From Squalus acanthias (Eukaryota): DNA of 64,000 nucleotides. The stretch is taken from NCBI GenBank assembly GCA_030390025.1, contig CM059432.1:107882001-107946000 (forward strand). Direction: 5' to 3'. Both the position numbers and the translations under genes were made by a program. Of this stretch, positions 48,851 to 61,739 are shown piece after piece; position 1 is the first letter of the stretch; each line of letters starts with the position of its first letter. A model generated the notes under the pieces. The model saw only the letters and a program-made list of their open reading frames with translations, searched no databases and was not told where the DNA came from.

Positions 48851-49299
48851 ACACATATGCTAGTGTAAGTTGCGCTTGTAATAACAAATACAGTTAATGT
48901 TGCATCCCAGTCTCCTTCCAAAACATCTGACGGGGCTCGAATCTGGAACACAGACTTCCATCATATTTCTAGTGTAATTATTAACTTCAACAATGGTTAC
49001 GTGACCCGATTCTGAATGGATTGTTTAATTTTATACAGTGTGAAAAGCAATGGGAAACTAACACAAGAACTGTCACCCCCGGACAAGGAATTGCACTATT
49101 GTTGGATCATTGGAATTGGAAGTAACGTAACTGCCTTTTTATCCTAATCTGTAAGATGACTATGACCTTTTAGAAGGAATTGTAATAAACTTTTCCTCTT
49201 GATTTCCATTGTATAACTGCACATATAATGCTGAATATGGCTTGTCTGTAAAGCTGATGGATGCACTAGAGGAACCAGGATTAGAGGTTGGGTCTGTAC

Positions 49300-49365
49300 C
49301 TGAGAGGCTTCCAAGTCTTCAGAAAATGCTTTGTCTTGTTCAGTCTCCGGCTCAGGCGTCACGTT
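49300..49365 (-). CDS. AMPH: Amphiphysin small linker exon
   Basis: tttttaccttacag|AAC...CAG|gtacag, 66 nt, phase 0/0. Acidic peptide NVTPEPETEQDKAFSEDLEASQ; position fits the AMPH linker. Confidence 0.7.
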
Positions 49366-51937
49366 CTGTAAGGTAAAAATCAGAACAGATTTGAAAGCAC
49401 GTCTTCATGGCACTCGAGTTGTTCCATACGTTAGTCTGGATGAAGGGGATGGGTGTGGTACACTCTGGTTGGATACCATTCTTACAGCAAGCCATTGTAC
49501 AAACTGGATCACAGTGCCTTGGCACTTAATTATTGGAGGAATTTTATTTAACTTTCCACTGGGTCCATTTGTTCTATGTTCTGCTGCATTTTTCAAAAGT
49601 GCTGTAGCACGGTATCTGTATTGCACTGCACTTATGACTGTGGAGGTGAACTGGCAGCGATGGGTTCCAGGATATACAGTGTGGTGAGGAATAATTTTTA
49701 AAATAAAGACCAAAAGGCTTATATATTTCTGCCACACACCAAATAAACTCACTGAGCCATTTGGGAAGCTCTGATCTATATTCATGGTTTAGGCCCACAT
49801 CTGAGACATTGCAAGCACAGTAATATTGAAGTGGAAACAGCTTTGTCCTTTGATATCGTTCTACTTCTTGGACAAACCCAGCCAACCAAAATATACATTC
49901 ATGAATCAGAATGGAAGGATGTTGCTCTATCGCACTTAGAGTAACATCTGTTCAAAGTTAGTGAATAAAATACTGAACCAGTGGCTTTAAAATCATTTTC
50001 ATAAAGTGCCCCATAACATGAGATTAAGATTGAGAAATAGTTAAGAAATGTATTTTCCGTGAAAAAATGATTTATGTTTGGTTCCATTTTATATTTCTGT
50101 AGTTGAAAAAACCTAAAATTGAAAGATTGACAATGTATCTGCACCAAAGGTTATTACAGCAGTCTCTAAGGGAAGCTGGCACATGTTTACATTTAGATTC
50201 GCCTCATCAACCCCAATTGGAGACTCAGTTCTATTTTCCGGTCTTTCTAACACAAACATCAATGCAGTGTGAGCAACTTTCGGAGCACACAGACCTAGGA
50301 CATCTTGCTATCGAATGGCATTAAGAGTGGGTAAAGAGTGATGGAATGCCGAGGCCTATAGGATTAGCGCAGCTAGCAACAGTATAAATGGGGTAAAATC
50401 ATAGCCATAGGTTGGGAGATCAAGAAGGGAGATATCTAGAGTATGGGTAACATTTAAATATTAATAAATGTTCAAGCGTTTGTCTACAAATTGAATTTAT
50501 CGTTGGTATATAGGCACAGGACTGTAGCCTTCTGTCGATATTATTACAAAATTCACATTCCTAACACCATGGCCCCATTCATTGTAAAACAGTAACAAAG
50601 GTGATCATTCACACTGAAAAAACCATAGCTACACGTCACGGGTCAGAATGGAATCACTGGGGATTCAAGCTCCGAAACCGTGAGACCCTGCTCCTGGTGC
50701 AGCGCCTCGCTCAACAGGACCAGAGAACGGAGAATTGGGCGTGAAAGTCAGTGTGCTCAGCGTGCCCTTGATTGCCCACCCATGGAATGCTACAGCCTCC
50801 ACAACCGATACTGCGCTCCTGTCGGGTGAGGTGCCGTACTGGGAGAGGTGCCTCGCTCGACCTGGGTGTTTCATTGAGGGGAGGTGAGCCGGGGGGAGAT
50901 TATTTTGTAAACTGTCAGTACTTCATCGGCTCAGGATTAAAGCTATTACAAAGAAAATATATTCTTATGCAGTTGTGATGAGTATACATGTCCTAACGCT
51001 GGAGCTTCCTCAATCTGACTTGTGTCGGTTTCTACCTCAATCTTGCCAACAGCAATTTACACCAAAATTTCCTGAGAATCTCATCAGCATACGCCAGAAT
51101 GTAAACAATAGGATAAAACAAGCAGATATCAGCGCACACATGTTTAAGAAAATACAATTGTGCTGGCTTTTCTCTTTTTAACCGAACAGATTCTGATGCC
51201 ATAAAAAAGCATTCAAAAATATAGAAGATACAGTGCAGCTCTCAGTAAGGAGGAAAATAATCGCTATAAAGCACCAGAAATAGTTACTTCAAGATCCTAC
51301 TGCACCTAAAAGTTTGGGTGTAAATTTACGGCAACTCAGAGTAGGCATGAATGTTGGAAACCCGCGTTCTCGGACCTTTTACATGGGGGCGGGGTGATGT
51401 TAATGAGCTAAGTGGGGTTTCTGTGGACGCAACTCAGGAAATGATCGAGGAAATTTGCGCACAGTTTTGGTGTAAGACCGGCGTAAAATCTCCATTCTTA
51501 CGTCACAGTTATGCCAGTACTTTCTCGGAAATCTCCAGGCCTTTGAGTTAGCATTTCTTTCTGTAAAACGCGAATTTGCACCTCCAGCGTGGAGCTTCAC
51601 CTGCTGGGAGCCCACATCAGGAATTCGGGATCTGTAGGATTTTCCATGCTGGAAGCCCATCTCCCGAACTCAGTGGGCCCCATGGGATTTTCCGTCCCAG
51701 AATCGCGGCTTGTAGGTTGTAAACAGATTGCACTGAGCATGCTCGAGGTGCAATCTCTGCTGATCTCAAAACATAACCAGCTGTACTATTGCAGCATGCA
51801 TCACTTCCACACAGGAAACAGCTCTGTTTAGGGATGAACGGGGTGAATAGGGGCGAGAGCTAATGACAAATATTTAATTGTAATGAGCAAATGATGCAAG
51901 ATAAATTTAATCCAGTCCTGAGGCAACATTTACGTAC

Positions 51938-51997
51938 CTCAGTGCTCTCAGTCTCAGTGTTTACAGCTGGCTCCTGCACCTCAGGCTCCTTAATCTC
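51938..51997 (-). CDS. AMPH: Amphiphysin 60-nt linker exon, duplicate copy B
   Basis: ttttcttctccataaag|GAG...GAG|gtacgt; EIKEPEVQEPAVNTETESTE; phase 0/0. Confidence 0.75.
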
Positions 51998-53099
51998 CTT
52001 TATGGAGAAGAAAACAAGAGATTTATTTATTCTGAACAGAGAATCATAGAATGCTACAGTACAGAAACAGGCCATTCAGCTCATCAAGTCTGCACTGGTG
52101 GTTTTCTCCACGAACCTAATCCCACTCTCCTGCTCGCTCCCGATACCCTTTACTATTCCTCTTTTTCAAACATCTATCTGATTACCTGTTAAAATAATTT
52201 ATGGACTCTACTTTTGCAATGGTTTGGGGCAGAGAATTCCCCATTCAAACCACCCTCTGTGTAAAGGAATTTTTACTAACTTCCCCTTTAATTCTTTTTG
52301 TGATTACCCTAAATCTGCACTTTCTCGTTATCATCTCATTGACTAGTAGAAATTATAGATCACTATTTATTTGATCATAACCCTCCAATATAGCTTGCTT
52401 TTGCAAACTATAGCAGTGTAAAGTAATACATTACGTGATTTGAAATGATCACAAAGGTGATTTCAAAATAGGATGCTCAAAGAATGAGGCAGTGACAACC
52501 TGTCCTTCATAATACTTTGAGTTGGTGGTTATACATGTCGATTGCAAAGTTCTATAGGGCTTAATACTCACTGGAGTGTGGATTAAAGAAAGTTTCTAAC
52601 TGAGTGAAATGTACATCAAATGCGCAATAATCATCTTAGGGAATAACTGTGTCTCTTCCACCTTCATCCATAGCTTAAACATTCACTCCCTCCACCACCG
52701 GTGTACCGTGGCTGTAGCTTGTACCATCTACAGGAGGCACTGCAGCAACTCGCACCTCCCAAACCCGTGACAGCAGCAGCAGGTGCATGGGAGTGCCATC
52801 ATCCCCAAGTTCCCCTCCAAGTCACACACCATCCAATTTGGACATATATTGCCGTTCCTTCATCGTCACTGGGTCAAAATCCTCGACACCCATATCCCAA
52901 GAATGAATGTAAAAAAAATCCTCCCCAATCAGAGCAGGGAGAAACAGATTGCTCATCGGTTGTGCTAGCATCACTCGAGAACTTTAATTTCATACTGAGA
53001 TTTGAGATTTTAAGTCTGCATTTAAATCGCCAGAACAGTAGAATAGAAGTCAGAAGTGGTAATAATCAAACTGTACAGGGCTCTGATCAGATCGCACCT

Positions 53100-53570
53100 T
53101 GAATGCTGCATCTAGTTCTGGTCACCATGAAACAAAAGAGATATTGAAACACTGGAGGCAGTGCAGAGAAGAGGCACAAGGCCAATCTCCAGTGTCAGGG
53201 GTTTGTGTTATGAGGAAAGACTTGTGCTTTTCAGCCATGAAAGGAGGCGTCCGAGAGGTGATCTGATAAAGGCATATAACATTGTTACGGATATAGAAAA
53301 AGTTAACCTGGAATATTACTTCAAATTGAAGTGTGAGAGCAGAATTAAGGGTCACGGGTTCCAACTAGTAAAAGGTAATGTTAGGGCTGATATCGGGAAA
53401 TTCTTCTTTACACAGAGTGATCAACGTCTGGAATAAATTTCCAGATACAGTATTGGAGATAAAATCATAGAATAAATTGAGTGTAACAATAGGGGGGGGG
53501 GGGGCATTGGGATCCCTCTGGATAGATGAATTAAGATGGGCCGAATGGCTATCCTAGCCCGTAATTATAT
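53100..53570 (+). mobile_element. Old CR1 3' fragment
   Basis: RRPRGDLIKAYNI...GHGFQL...FFFTQ motifs. Confidence 0.65.
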
Positions 53571-53629
53571 TCATAGAATCTTACAGCACAGAAGGAGGCT
53601 ATTCGGCCCATCATGCCTGTGCGGATTAT

Positions 53630-55627
53630 AGAAACATAGAAAAATAGGAGCAGGAGTAGGCCATTCGGCCCTTCGAGCCTGCTCCTCCATTCAATATGAT
53701 CATGGTTGATCCGCTATCTCAATCCCATATTCCCGCTCTCTCTCCATACCCCTTGATGCCTTTTGTGTCTAGAAATCTATCTATCTCCTTCTTAAATATA
53801 TTCAGTGACTTGGCCTCCACAGCTTTCTATGGTAGAGAATTCCACAGGTTCACCACCCTCTGAGTGAAGAAATTTCTCCTCATCTCAGTCCTAAATGTCC
53901 TACCCTGTATCCTGAGACTGTGACCCCCTCGTTCTAGACCCCCCAGCCAGGGGAAACATCCTCCCTGCATCCAGTCTGTCTAGCCCTGTCAGAATTTTAT
54001 ACGTTTCAATGAGATCCCCTCTCATTCTTCTAAACTCTAGTGAATACAGGCCTAGTGAACCCAATCTCTCCTCATACGACAGTCCTGCCATCCCAGGAAT
54101 CAGTCTGGTGAACCTTCGCTGCACTCCCTCTATGGCAAATATATCCTTTCTTAGGTAAGGAGACCAAAACTGCACACAGTACTCCAGGTGTGGTCTCACC
54201 AAGGCCCTGTATAACTGTAGTAAGACATCCTTGCTCCTGTACTCAAATCCTCTTGCAATGAAGGCCAACATTCCATTTGCCTTTCTAACTGCTTGCTGCA
54301 CCTGCATGTTTGCTTTCAGTGACTGGTGTACAAGGACACCCAGGTCCCTCTGTACATCAACATTTCCCAATCTATCACCATTTAAATAATACTCTGCCTT
54401 TCTGTTTTTCCTACCGAAGTGGATAACTTCACATTTATCCACGTTATACTGCGTCTGCCATGTATTTGCCCACTCACTCAACTTGTCTAAATCGCCTTGA
54501 AGCCTCTTTACATCCTCCTCACAACTCACAATCCCACCTAGTTTTGTGTCGTCAGCAAACTTGGAAATATTATATTTGGTTTCCTCATCCAAATCATTGA
54601 TATATATTTTGAATAGCTGGGGCCCAAGCACTGATCCCTGCGGTACCCCACTAGTTACCGCCTGCCACCCCGAAAAAGACCCATTTATTCCTACTCTCTG
54701 TTTCCAGTCTGTTAACCAATTTTCAATCCATACCAGTATATTACCCCCAATCCCATGTGCTTTGATTTTGCACACTAACCTCTTATGTGGGACTTTATCA
54801 AAGGCCTTCTGAAAATCCAAATACACCACATCCACTGGTTCTCCCTTATCTATTCTACCAGTTACATCCTCAAAAAACTCCAGTAGGTTTGTCAAACACA
54901 ATTTCCCTTTCATAAATCCATATTGACTTTGTCGAATCCCGTTGATATTTTCTAAGTGTCCTGTTATCACATCCTTTATAATAGACTCTAGCATTTTCCC
55001 TACTACTGATGTTAGGCTAACCGGTCTGTAGTTCCCTGTTTTCTCTCTCCCTCCTTTTTTAAATAGTGGGGTTACATTTGCCACCTTCCAATCTGCAGGA
55101 ACTGTTCCATAATCTATAGAATTTTGGAAGATGACAACCAATGCATCCACTATTTCCATGGCTACCTCTTTTAGTACTCTGGGATGCAGATTATCAGGCC
55201 CTGGGGATTTATCAGCTTTCAGTCCCATTAATTTCTCCAGCACTATTTTTTTTACTAATACTAATTTCCTTTAATTCCTCCTTCTCACTAGACCCTTGGT
55301 TCCCTTGCATTCCTGGGAAGTTATTTGTATCCTCTTCCGTGAAGACAGAACCAAAGTATTTGTTTAATTGCTCTGCCATTTCCTTGTTCCCCATTATAAA
55401 TTCTCCCGTTTCTGACTGTAAGGGACCTACATTTGTCTTCACTAATCTTTTTCTTTTTACATACTTGTAGAAGCTTTTGCAATCCGCTTTTATGTTCCTT
55501 GCAAGTTTACTCTCATACTCTATTTTTCCCCTCTTAATCAATCCTTTTTTTGCTGAACTCTAAACTGCTCCCAATCCTCAGGTTTGCTACTTTTTCTGGC
55601 AACTTTATATGACTCTTCTTTGGATCT
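53630..55627 (-). mobile_element. Young 5'-truncated CR1 with a long RT ORF (53900-55243)
   Basis: 447-aa open [47 protein letters not shown]. Confidence 0.95.
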
Positions 55628-56235
55628 AATACTATCCTTAATTTCTTATGAAACATCTGCCAAGTGGGCGCTCTGCTGTCCAATATTCATTCCTTTGTCC
55701 TGCTATCACAGATTGCCAAAACTCTTGAACTAGTGGACACAGACTCAGGTTAGAAGAGGGAAGGCACACAAATTCATTAAATGACACCTTATATATGCAC
55801 AGCCAGTGGTTTTTACATTTTCACAGAGAAAAAAACTGATAGAATCATTCAATTTGATCTGCAAAAAACCAGTTAAAAAAAATCTCAGCCTGCAATAAAA
55901 TCAGAGTTTGACTTTATTCAGTCATTGCAAACCATAGGCCTTGAGAAGAGCTCCAATGTACTTATTACTTGCTTCTTTTCTCAAGCCCTGAATTACCATC
56001 AGTACTAGTTCAGCATTACCACACAGTAAAGGTTGGCTATCAACTACACATGATTATTTGCATGGCAGGAATATCACAGTCCTTTTTCATAATATGCGTA
56101 AGCACCTCTGACGCACATGAAACAGTTCCATTTATGGAGGACTAATTATAGGGGTGAGATTTGATGACAGATATTTAACTGTAATAAGCAGATGATCTAC
56201 TGTTTCGCTCAGCCATTGAGGCACCATTTACATAC

Positions 56236-56295
56236 CTCAGTGCTCTCAGTCTCAGCACTTACAGCTGGCTCCTGCACCTCAGGCTCCTTAATCTC
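56236..56295 (-). CDS. AMPH: Amphiphysin 60-nt linker exon, duplicate copy A
   Basis: ttttattccccataaag|GAG...GAG|gtatgt; EIKEPEVQEPAVSAETESTE; phase 0/0. Confidence 0.75.
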
Positions 56296-56457
56296 CTTTA
56301 TGGGGAATAAAACAGGGGATTTATTTCATCTGAATGTATCTCCAGTATCATATTTTAAATCTAGTAGTGTAAAATATGAGAACATGATGTGTTTTGAAAT
56401 GATCAAAGGGACAGTTAAAACAAGGATGGTTTCTCTGATGGGATTCAAGCAATGGGC

Positions 56458-59400
56458 ACATAAGAACATAAGAATCAGGAGCAGGAGTAGGCCATTCGGC
56501 CCCTCGAGCCTGCTCCGCCATTCAATAAGATCATGGCTGATCTGATCTTGGCCTCAACTCCACTTTTCTGCCTGTTCCCCATAACCCTTGACTCCCCTGT
56601 AGTTCAAAAATCTGTCTATCTCAGCCTTGAATATATTCACTGACCCAGCCTCCACAGCTCTCTGGGGTAGAGAATTCCAAAGATTCACGACCCTCTGAGT
56701 GCAGAAATTCCTCCTCGTCTCCGTTTTAAATGGGCGACCCCTTATTCTGAAACTATGCCCCCTAGTTCTAGATTCCCCCACGAGGGAAAACATCCTCTCA
56801 GCATTTACCCTGTCAAGCCCCCTCAGAATCTTATATGTTTCAATAAGATCACCTCTCATTCTTCCAAACTCCAATGAGTATAGGCCCAACCTGCTCAACC
56901 TTTCGTCATACGTCAACCCCTTTATCCCAGGAATCAACCTAGTGAACCTTCTCTGAACTGCCTCCAATACAAGTATATCCCTCCTTAAATAAGGAGACCA
57001 AAACTGAACACAGTACTCTAGGTGTGGTCTCACCAACGCCCTGTACAGGTGTAGCAAGATTTCCCTACTTTTATACTCCATCTCCCTTTCAATAAAGGCC
57101 AACATTCCATTTGCCTTCCTAATTACTTGCTGCACCTGCATGCTAACTTTTTGTGTTTCATGTACGAGGACACCCAGATCCCTCTGTACCGCAGCATTCT
57201 GTAGTCTCTCTATTTAAATAATATTTTGCTTTTCTACTCTTCCTACCAAAGTGGATAACCTCACCTTTTCCCACATTATACTCCATCTGCCAAATTTTGC
57301 CCACTCACTTTGCAGACTCTTTGGGCTGGATTTTGTCTTGGGGTCGGGTTGGGGTCGTGTTACCCACATTTCGTGTTGCCCCCCCTGACTCCAGATTAAT
57401 GTGGATGAATGATGCAATTTTCACTTAATTGGGCAATTGAGTTCCAGCATGTGGGAACCCATGAACCAATTAGTGGTTTCAGTCTGAAAGTCACCTCTGA
57501 TGATGTCATCATTGCAGGTCAGAGACTGACTGCCTGGTCTCAGAGATTGCCTGGCCTTTGCTGTGCGAGGACCTGGATGCAAAATGAGCATCTCAGAGAG
57601 AGAGAGAGAGAGAGAGCAACCAAGTCCTCCCAGGCAGTCTCTGAAGACATTCAATGCAGCAGCATCAGAGGCGACTTTCAGACCTAATACTACTACTACC
57701 TTCATCACAATACTACTACTACCTTCATCACATCTCCGTTGTAATAGTGGACCTGCAGCTGATAGTCAGCAATGCACTTGTGCTCCCGCCAGGTTTCACT
57801 GGCGTGTTTCACATCAGGCGTACTTCACATCGGAAAAGGGTTAAACTAGCTAAAATGTTTCAAAATGGCATTACAGAGCCAATTTAGGGCTTGTTAATGG
57901 CTTTAATGGCCTCTCCCACCTCTTGGAGGCGGGAACCCCGTGACCGATTTTGTCAAAATTGCGTGGAGGTGGAACGGAGTCGGGATGGGGTCGGGACCCC
58001 CGAATCTGCAACTTTAACCCCCCACACGCCTCCAATCCCGACTCCACGGGTCATTGAAAATCCAGCCCTTTGTGTCCTCCTCACAACTTGTTTTCCCACC
58101 TATCTTTGTATCATCAGCAAATCTGGTTGCAGTACACTCGGTCCCTTCTTCCAAGTCATTAATATAAACTGTAAACAGTTGAGGCACCAGCACTGATCCC
58201 TGTGGCACCCCACTAGTTACAGTTTGCCAACCTGAAAATGACCCATTTATCCTGACTCTGTGTTTTCTGTTAGTTAGCCAATCCTTTATCCATGCTAATA
58301 TATTACCCCCAATACCATGAACTCTTATCTTGTGCAGTTAACTTTTATGTGGCACCTTATCGAATGCCTTTTGGAAATCCAAATACACTACATCTACTGG
58401 TTCCCCTTTAGCCACCCTGCTTGTTACATTCTCAAAGAACTCTAATAAATTTGTCAAACACGATTTCCCTTTTATAAAACCATGTTGACTCTGCTTGATT
58501 GTATTATGATTTTCTAAATGTCCCGCTACTACTTCCTTAATAATGGATTCCAGCATTTTCCCAATGAGAGATGTTAGGCTAACTGGTCTTTTGTTTCCTG
58601 CTTTCTGTCTCCCTCCTTTCTTGAATATGGGCATTACATTTGCGGTTTTCCAATCCACTGGGACCTTTCCAGAGCCTAGGGAATTTTGGAAGATTACAAC
58701 CAATGCATCCACTATCTCTGCAGCCATTTCTTTTAAGACCCTAGATGCAGGCCATCAGGTACAGGGGACTTGTCAGCCTTTAGTCCCATTAGTTCACCTA
58801 GTACTTTTTCTCTAGTGATAGTGATTCTTTTAAGTTCCTCCCTCCCTTCTGCCCCTCGATTTTCCACTATTATTGGGATGTTTTTAGTATCTTCTCCCGT
58901 GAAGACAGTTACAAAATATTTGTTCAAAGTCTCTGCCATTTCCTTGTTTCCCATTATTAATTCCCCAGTCTCATCCTCCAAGGGACCAACGTTTACTTTA
59001 GCTACTCTCTTCCTTTTTATATACTTGTATAAGCTCTTACTGTCTGTTTTTATATTTCTTGCAAGTTTACTCTCATAATCTATTTTCTCCCTCTTTATTA
59101 TTATTTTTACTCATCCTTTGCAAGTTTCTAAAACTCTCCAAATCTTCTGGCCTACCACTAATCTTCGCAACATTGTATGCCTTTTCTTTCAATTTGATAC
59201 CCTCCTTAACTTCCTTAGTAAGCCACGGATGGTTCATCCTTCTCGTAGAGTCTTTCTTTCTCACTGGAATATATCTTTGTTGCGAGTTATGAAATATCTC
59301 CTTAAAAGTCTGCCACTGCTTATCTACCATCTTACCTTTTAATCTATTTTCCCAGTCCAGTTTAGCCAACTCTGTCTTCATACCCTTGAAATTGCCTTTA

Positions 59401-60215
59401 TTTAAGTTTAAGACACTAGTTTCAGACCCAAGTTTCTCAACCTCAAACTGAATGTGAAATTCTATCATGTTATGATCACTCTTCCCTAGAGGATCTTTTA
59501 CTATGAGATCATTAATTAATCCTGTTTCATTACATATTACCAGATCTAAAATAGCCTGATCCCTGGTTGGTTCCACAACATATAGTTCTAAGAAATTGTC
59601 CTGATTACACTCTATGAACTTGTCCTCAAGGCTACCTTTGCCAATTTGATTTGTCCAATCTATATGAAAATTAAAATTGCCCACGGTTATTACAGTACCT
59701 TTCTTACAAGCCACCATTATTTCTTGATTTATACTCTGTCCCACAGTGTAGCTACTGTTAGGGGGCCTGTAGACTACTCCCACTAGTGCCTTCTTTCCCT
59801 TATTATTTCTTATCTCCACCCAAACTGATTCTACATCTTGATCTTCCAAGCCAAGATCATTTCTCACTACTGCACTGATCTCATCCTTTATTAACAGAGC
59901 TACCCACTTCCTTTTCCTTTCTGTCTGTCCTTCCCAAATGTCAAATACCCCTGAATATTCAGTTCCCAGCCTTGGTCACCTTGCAGCCACGACTCTGTAA
60001 TGGCTATCAGATCATACCCATTTATTTCTATTTGTGCCGTCAATTCATCTATCTTGTTACGAATGTTGCGTGCATTCAGATAAAGAGCCTTTAATTTTGT
60101 CTTTTTACCATTTTTCCCTACTCTGACCCTATTTGCTGGTGCACACTTATGCTTGTACGCTCTGTCCCTTCCTGTCACACTTTGGTTATCATTACCCCTA
60201 TCTCTACCCTGCACT
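56458..60215 (-). mobile_element. CR1 LINE with near-complete ORF2 (APE endonuclease + RT), disrupted and interrupted by a MITE
   Basis: LKALYLNARNIRNK...DLIAITESWL, VYRPPN, GNFN, LDLV and SDHN (APE), followed by RT motifs in several frames. Confidence 0.93.
57323..58068. mobile_element. Harbinger-type MITE inserted in CR1
   Basis: Perfect 12-bp TIRs GGGCTGGATTTT / AAAATCCAGCCC. 3-bp TSD TTT (57320-57322, 58069-58071). The CR1 reads through once the insert is removed. Confidence 0.85.
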
Positions 60216-61089
60216 TCTTATTAACATACCTACAGGGTCACAGACAAAAAACACTTTAATACTGAGGGGACTTCCCAATCTGGTATGGAGTGCAGTCGTA
60301 GGGAGTGCATCTTTGGAAACCGTGGACATACAGCCCATGATTTTGTGCCAGGACAAAACCATAGTGCCTTGGAGCAGCAGCCTTCAGTACCATGGGGCAG
60401 TGGGATATGGCCCTATACCTGTGGGAGTGCTGGAGCATCTGCCTGTGGTGCCATGGCACAGTGGGATATGGCCTTGTACCTGTGACACTCCTGATTTCTG
60501 TGCTTCTAATCTCAGGCATGTCACTGTGAGAAAGTCTGTTGCGGAAGCCAGTCCTTTCTTCACTAGGAAGCTAGGAAAGAAAATCAAAGGGAAAGCGATT
60601 CACAGGCTACATTCCATTGTTCCTCTTTTTCCACGGGACACTGGTGACAGGGGAGAAAATAATATAATAAAGAGGTTCACCTACGCTATTAACAGCACTG
60701 AAATCTCTTTGCCTGTGGAAGTGCACTTGTCTTTAGCTGATTTTATATGGTGCTTGTTTAGACCGACGATTGTGAGCCAGCTCCTGCCCTAACACTACTG
60801 AATCAGGCTGTCTTATCCCACCGGCAGAATTGCAAACCCAGTTTTTTGGGGGGGTTTACGATCGTGCCAATGGGATAGGGGAACTAGATTCAATAGTGTA
60901 AATGCAGGGTGCCCGCTCACGCTTGCCGATCCCCCAGAATCTGACCCTAAACAAGTGCCAGGATAAAAACCTCCTGAACACAAACATACCCTAGACACAG
61001 GGGCAAGCTGTCCTTCAGATCACTCATTCTTTTGGTTATGGTTATTTGCAGATTTAAGCCTGCCCAGCGTGCTAAAGGTGTTATAAGTA

Positions 61090-61205
61090 CATACGCACGC
61101 ACTCACAGACACACACATGTACACACACACACAGATGTAGACACACACATGTATACACACATGTGCACGCATTCACTCACACACACAGGCGCACACACCA
61201 CAGAT
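61090..61205. repeat. Degenerate (CA)n microsatellite
   Basis: Visible directly. Confidence 0.85.
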
Positions 61206-61628
61206 ACATTGCTTAACACTGGGTCAGAGAACAGTGCAGACAAATAAACAGTTGACTATTGTGCAACACATAGTTTGGTTGTACACAAGTCCTGTCTATA
61301 ATAACAGGCCCATTGCTGTAGTCTGGGCATTCATTTCTGGAGTCATTTCAATGACAGAGGTCATATTTGCCATTGCAGTCAGAGAATGAATACTCAGGCT
61401 TAACTCAGTTTAAATGAAGATGGAAAACAGATGGTTTGGGGGTGTGTGGTGGGGAGAAACTTCATAGGCGACACCATGAGCAGGGTGGAGGGAAATGCAC
61501 ACATGCAACACTGAACAGAAAAACCATCTCTACTGTCAAGCAATAACAAAGGAGGTGGCTGTGGTGATGGGATGAACGAAGCACTTACTGTTAGTGAAAT
61601 CAGTCTGCAGTCAAACAGTGAGACTCAC

Positions 61629-61739
61629 CACAACCTCCTCTGCGGCCACACTGGGCACAGCAGAGAGAGCATCCTGGGATGGCTCAGTGTCTGCTTCTGG
61701 GGCTTTGGGCTCCTCGGCAGGAGTGGATTCTGCATTGAT
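61629..61739 (-). CDS. AMPH: Amphiphysin linker exon
   Basis: cccctactctcaaaag|ATC...GTG|gtgagt, 111 nt, phase 0/0; INAESTPAEEPKAPEADTEPSQDALSAVPSVAAEEVV. Confidence 0.72.

Noticed and set aside
60133..60792. 219-aa plus-strand ORF
   Set aside because: It starts in antisense CR1 and runs through a ~60-bp two-copy tandem repeat (60390-60485). It is antisense to AMPH and has no domain.
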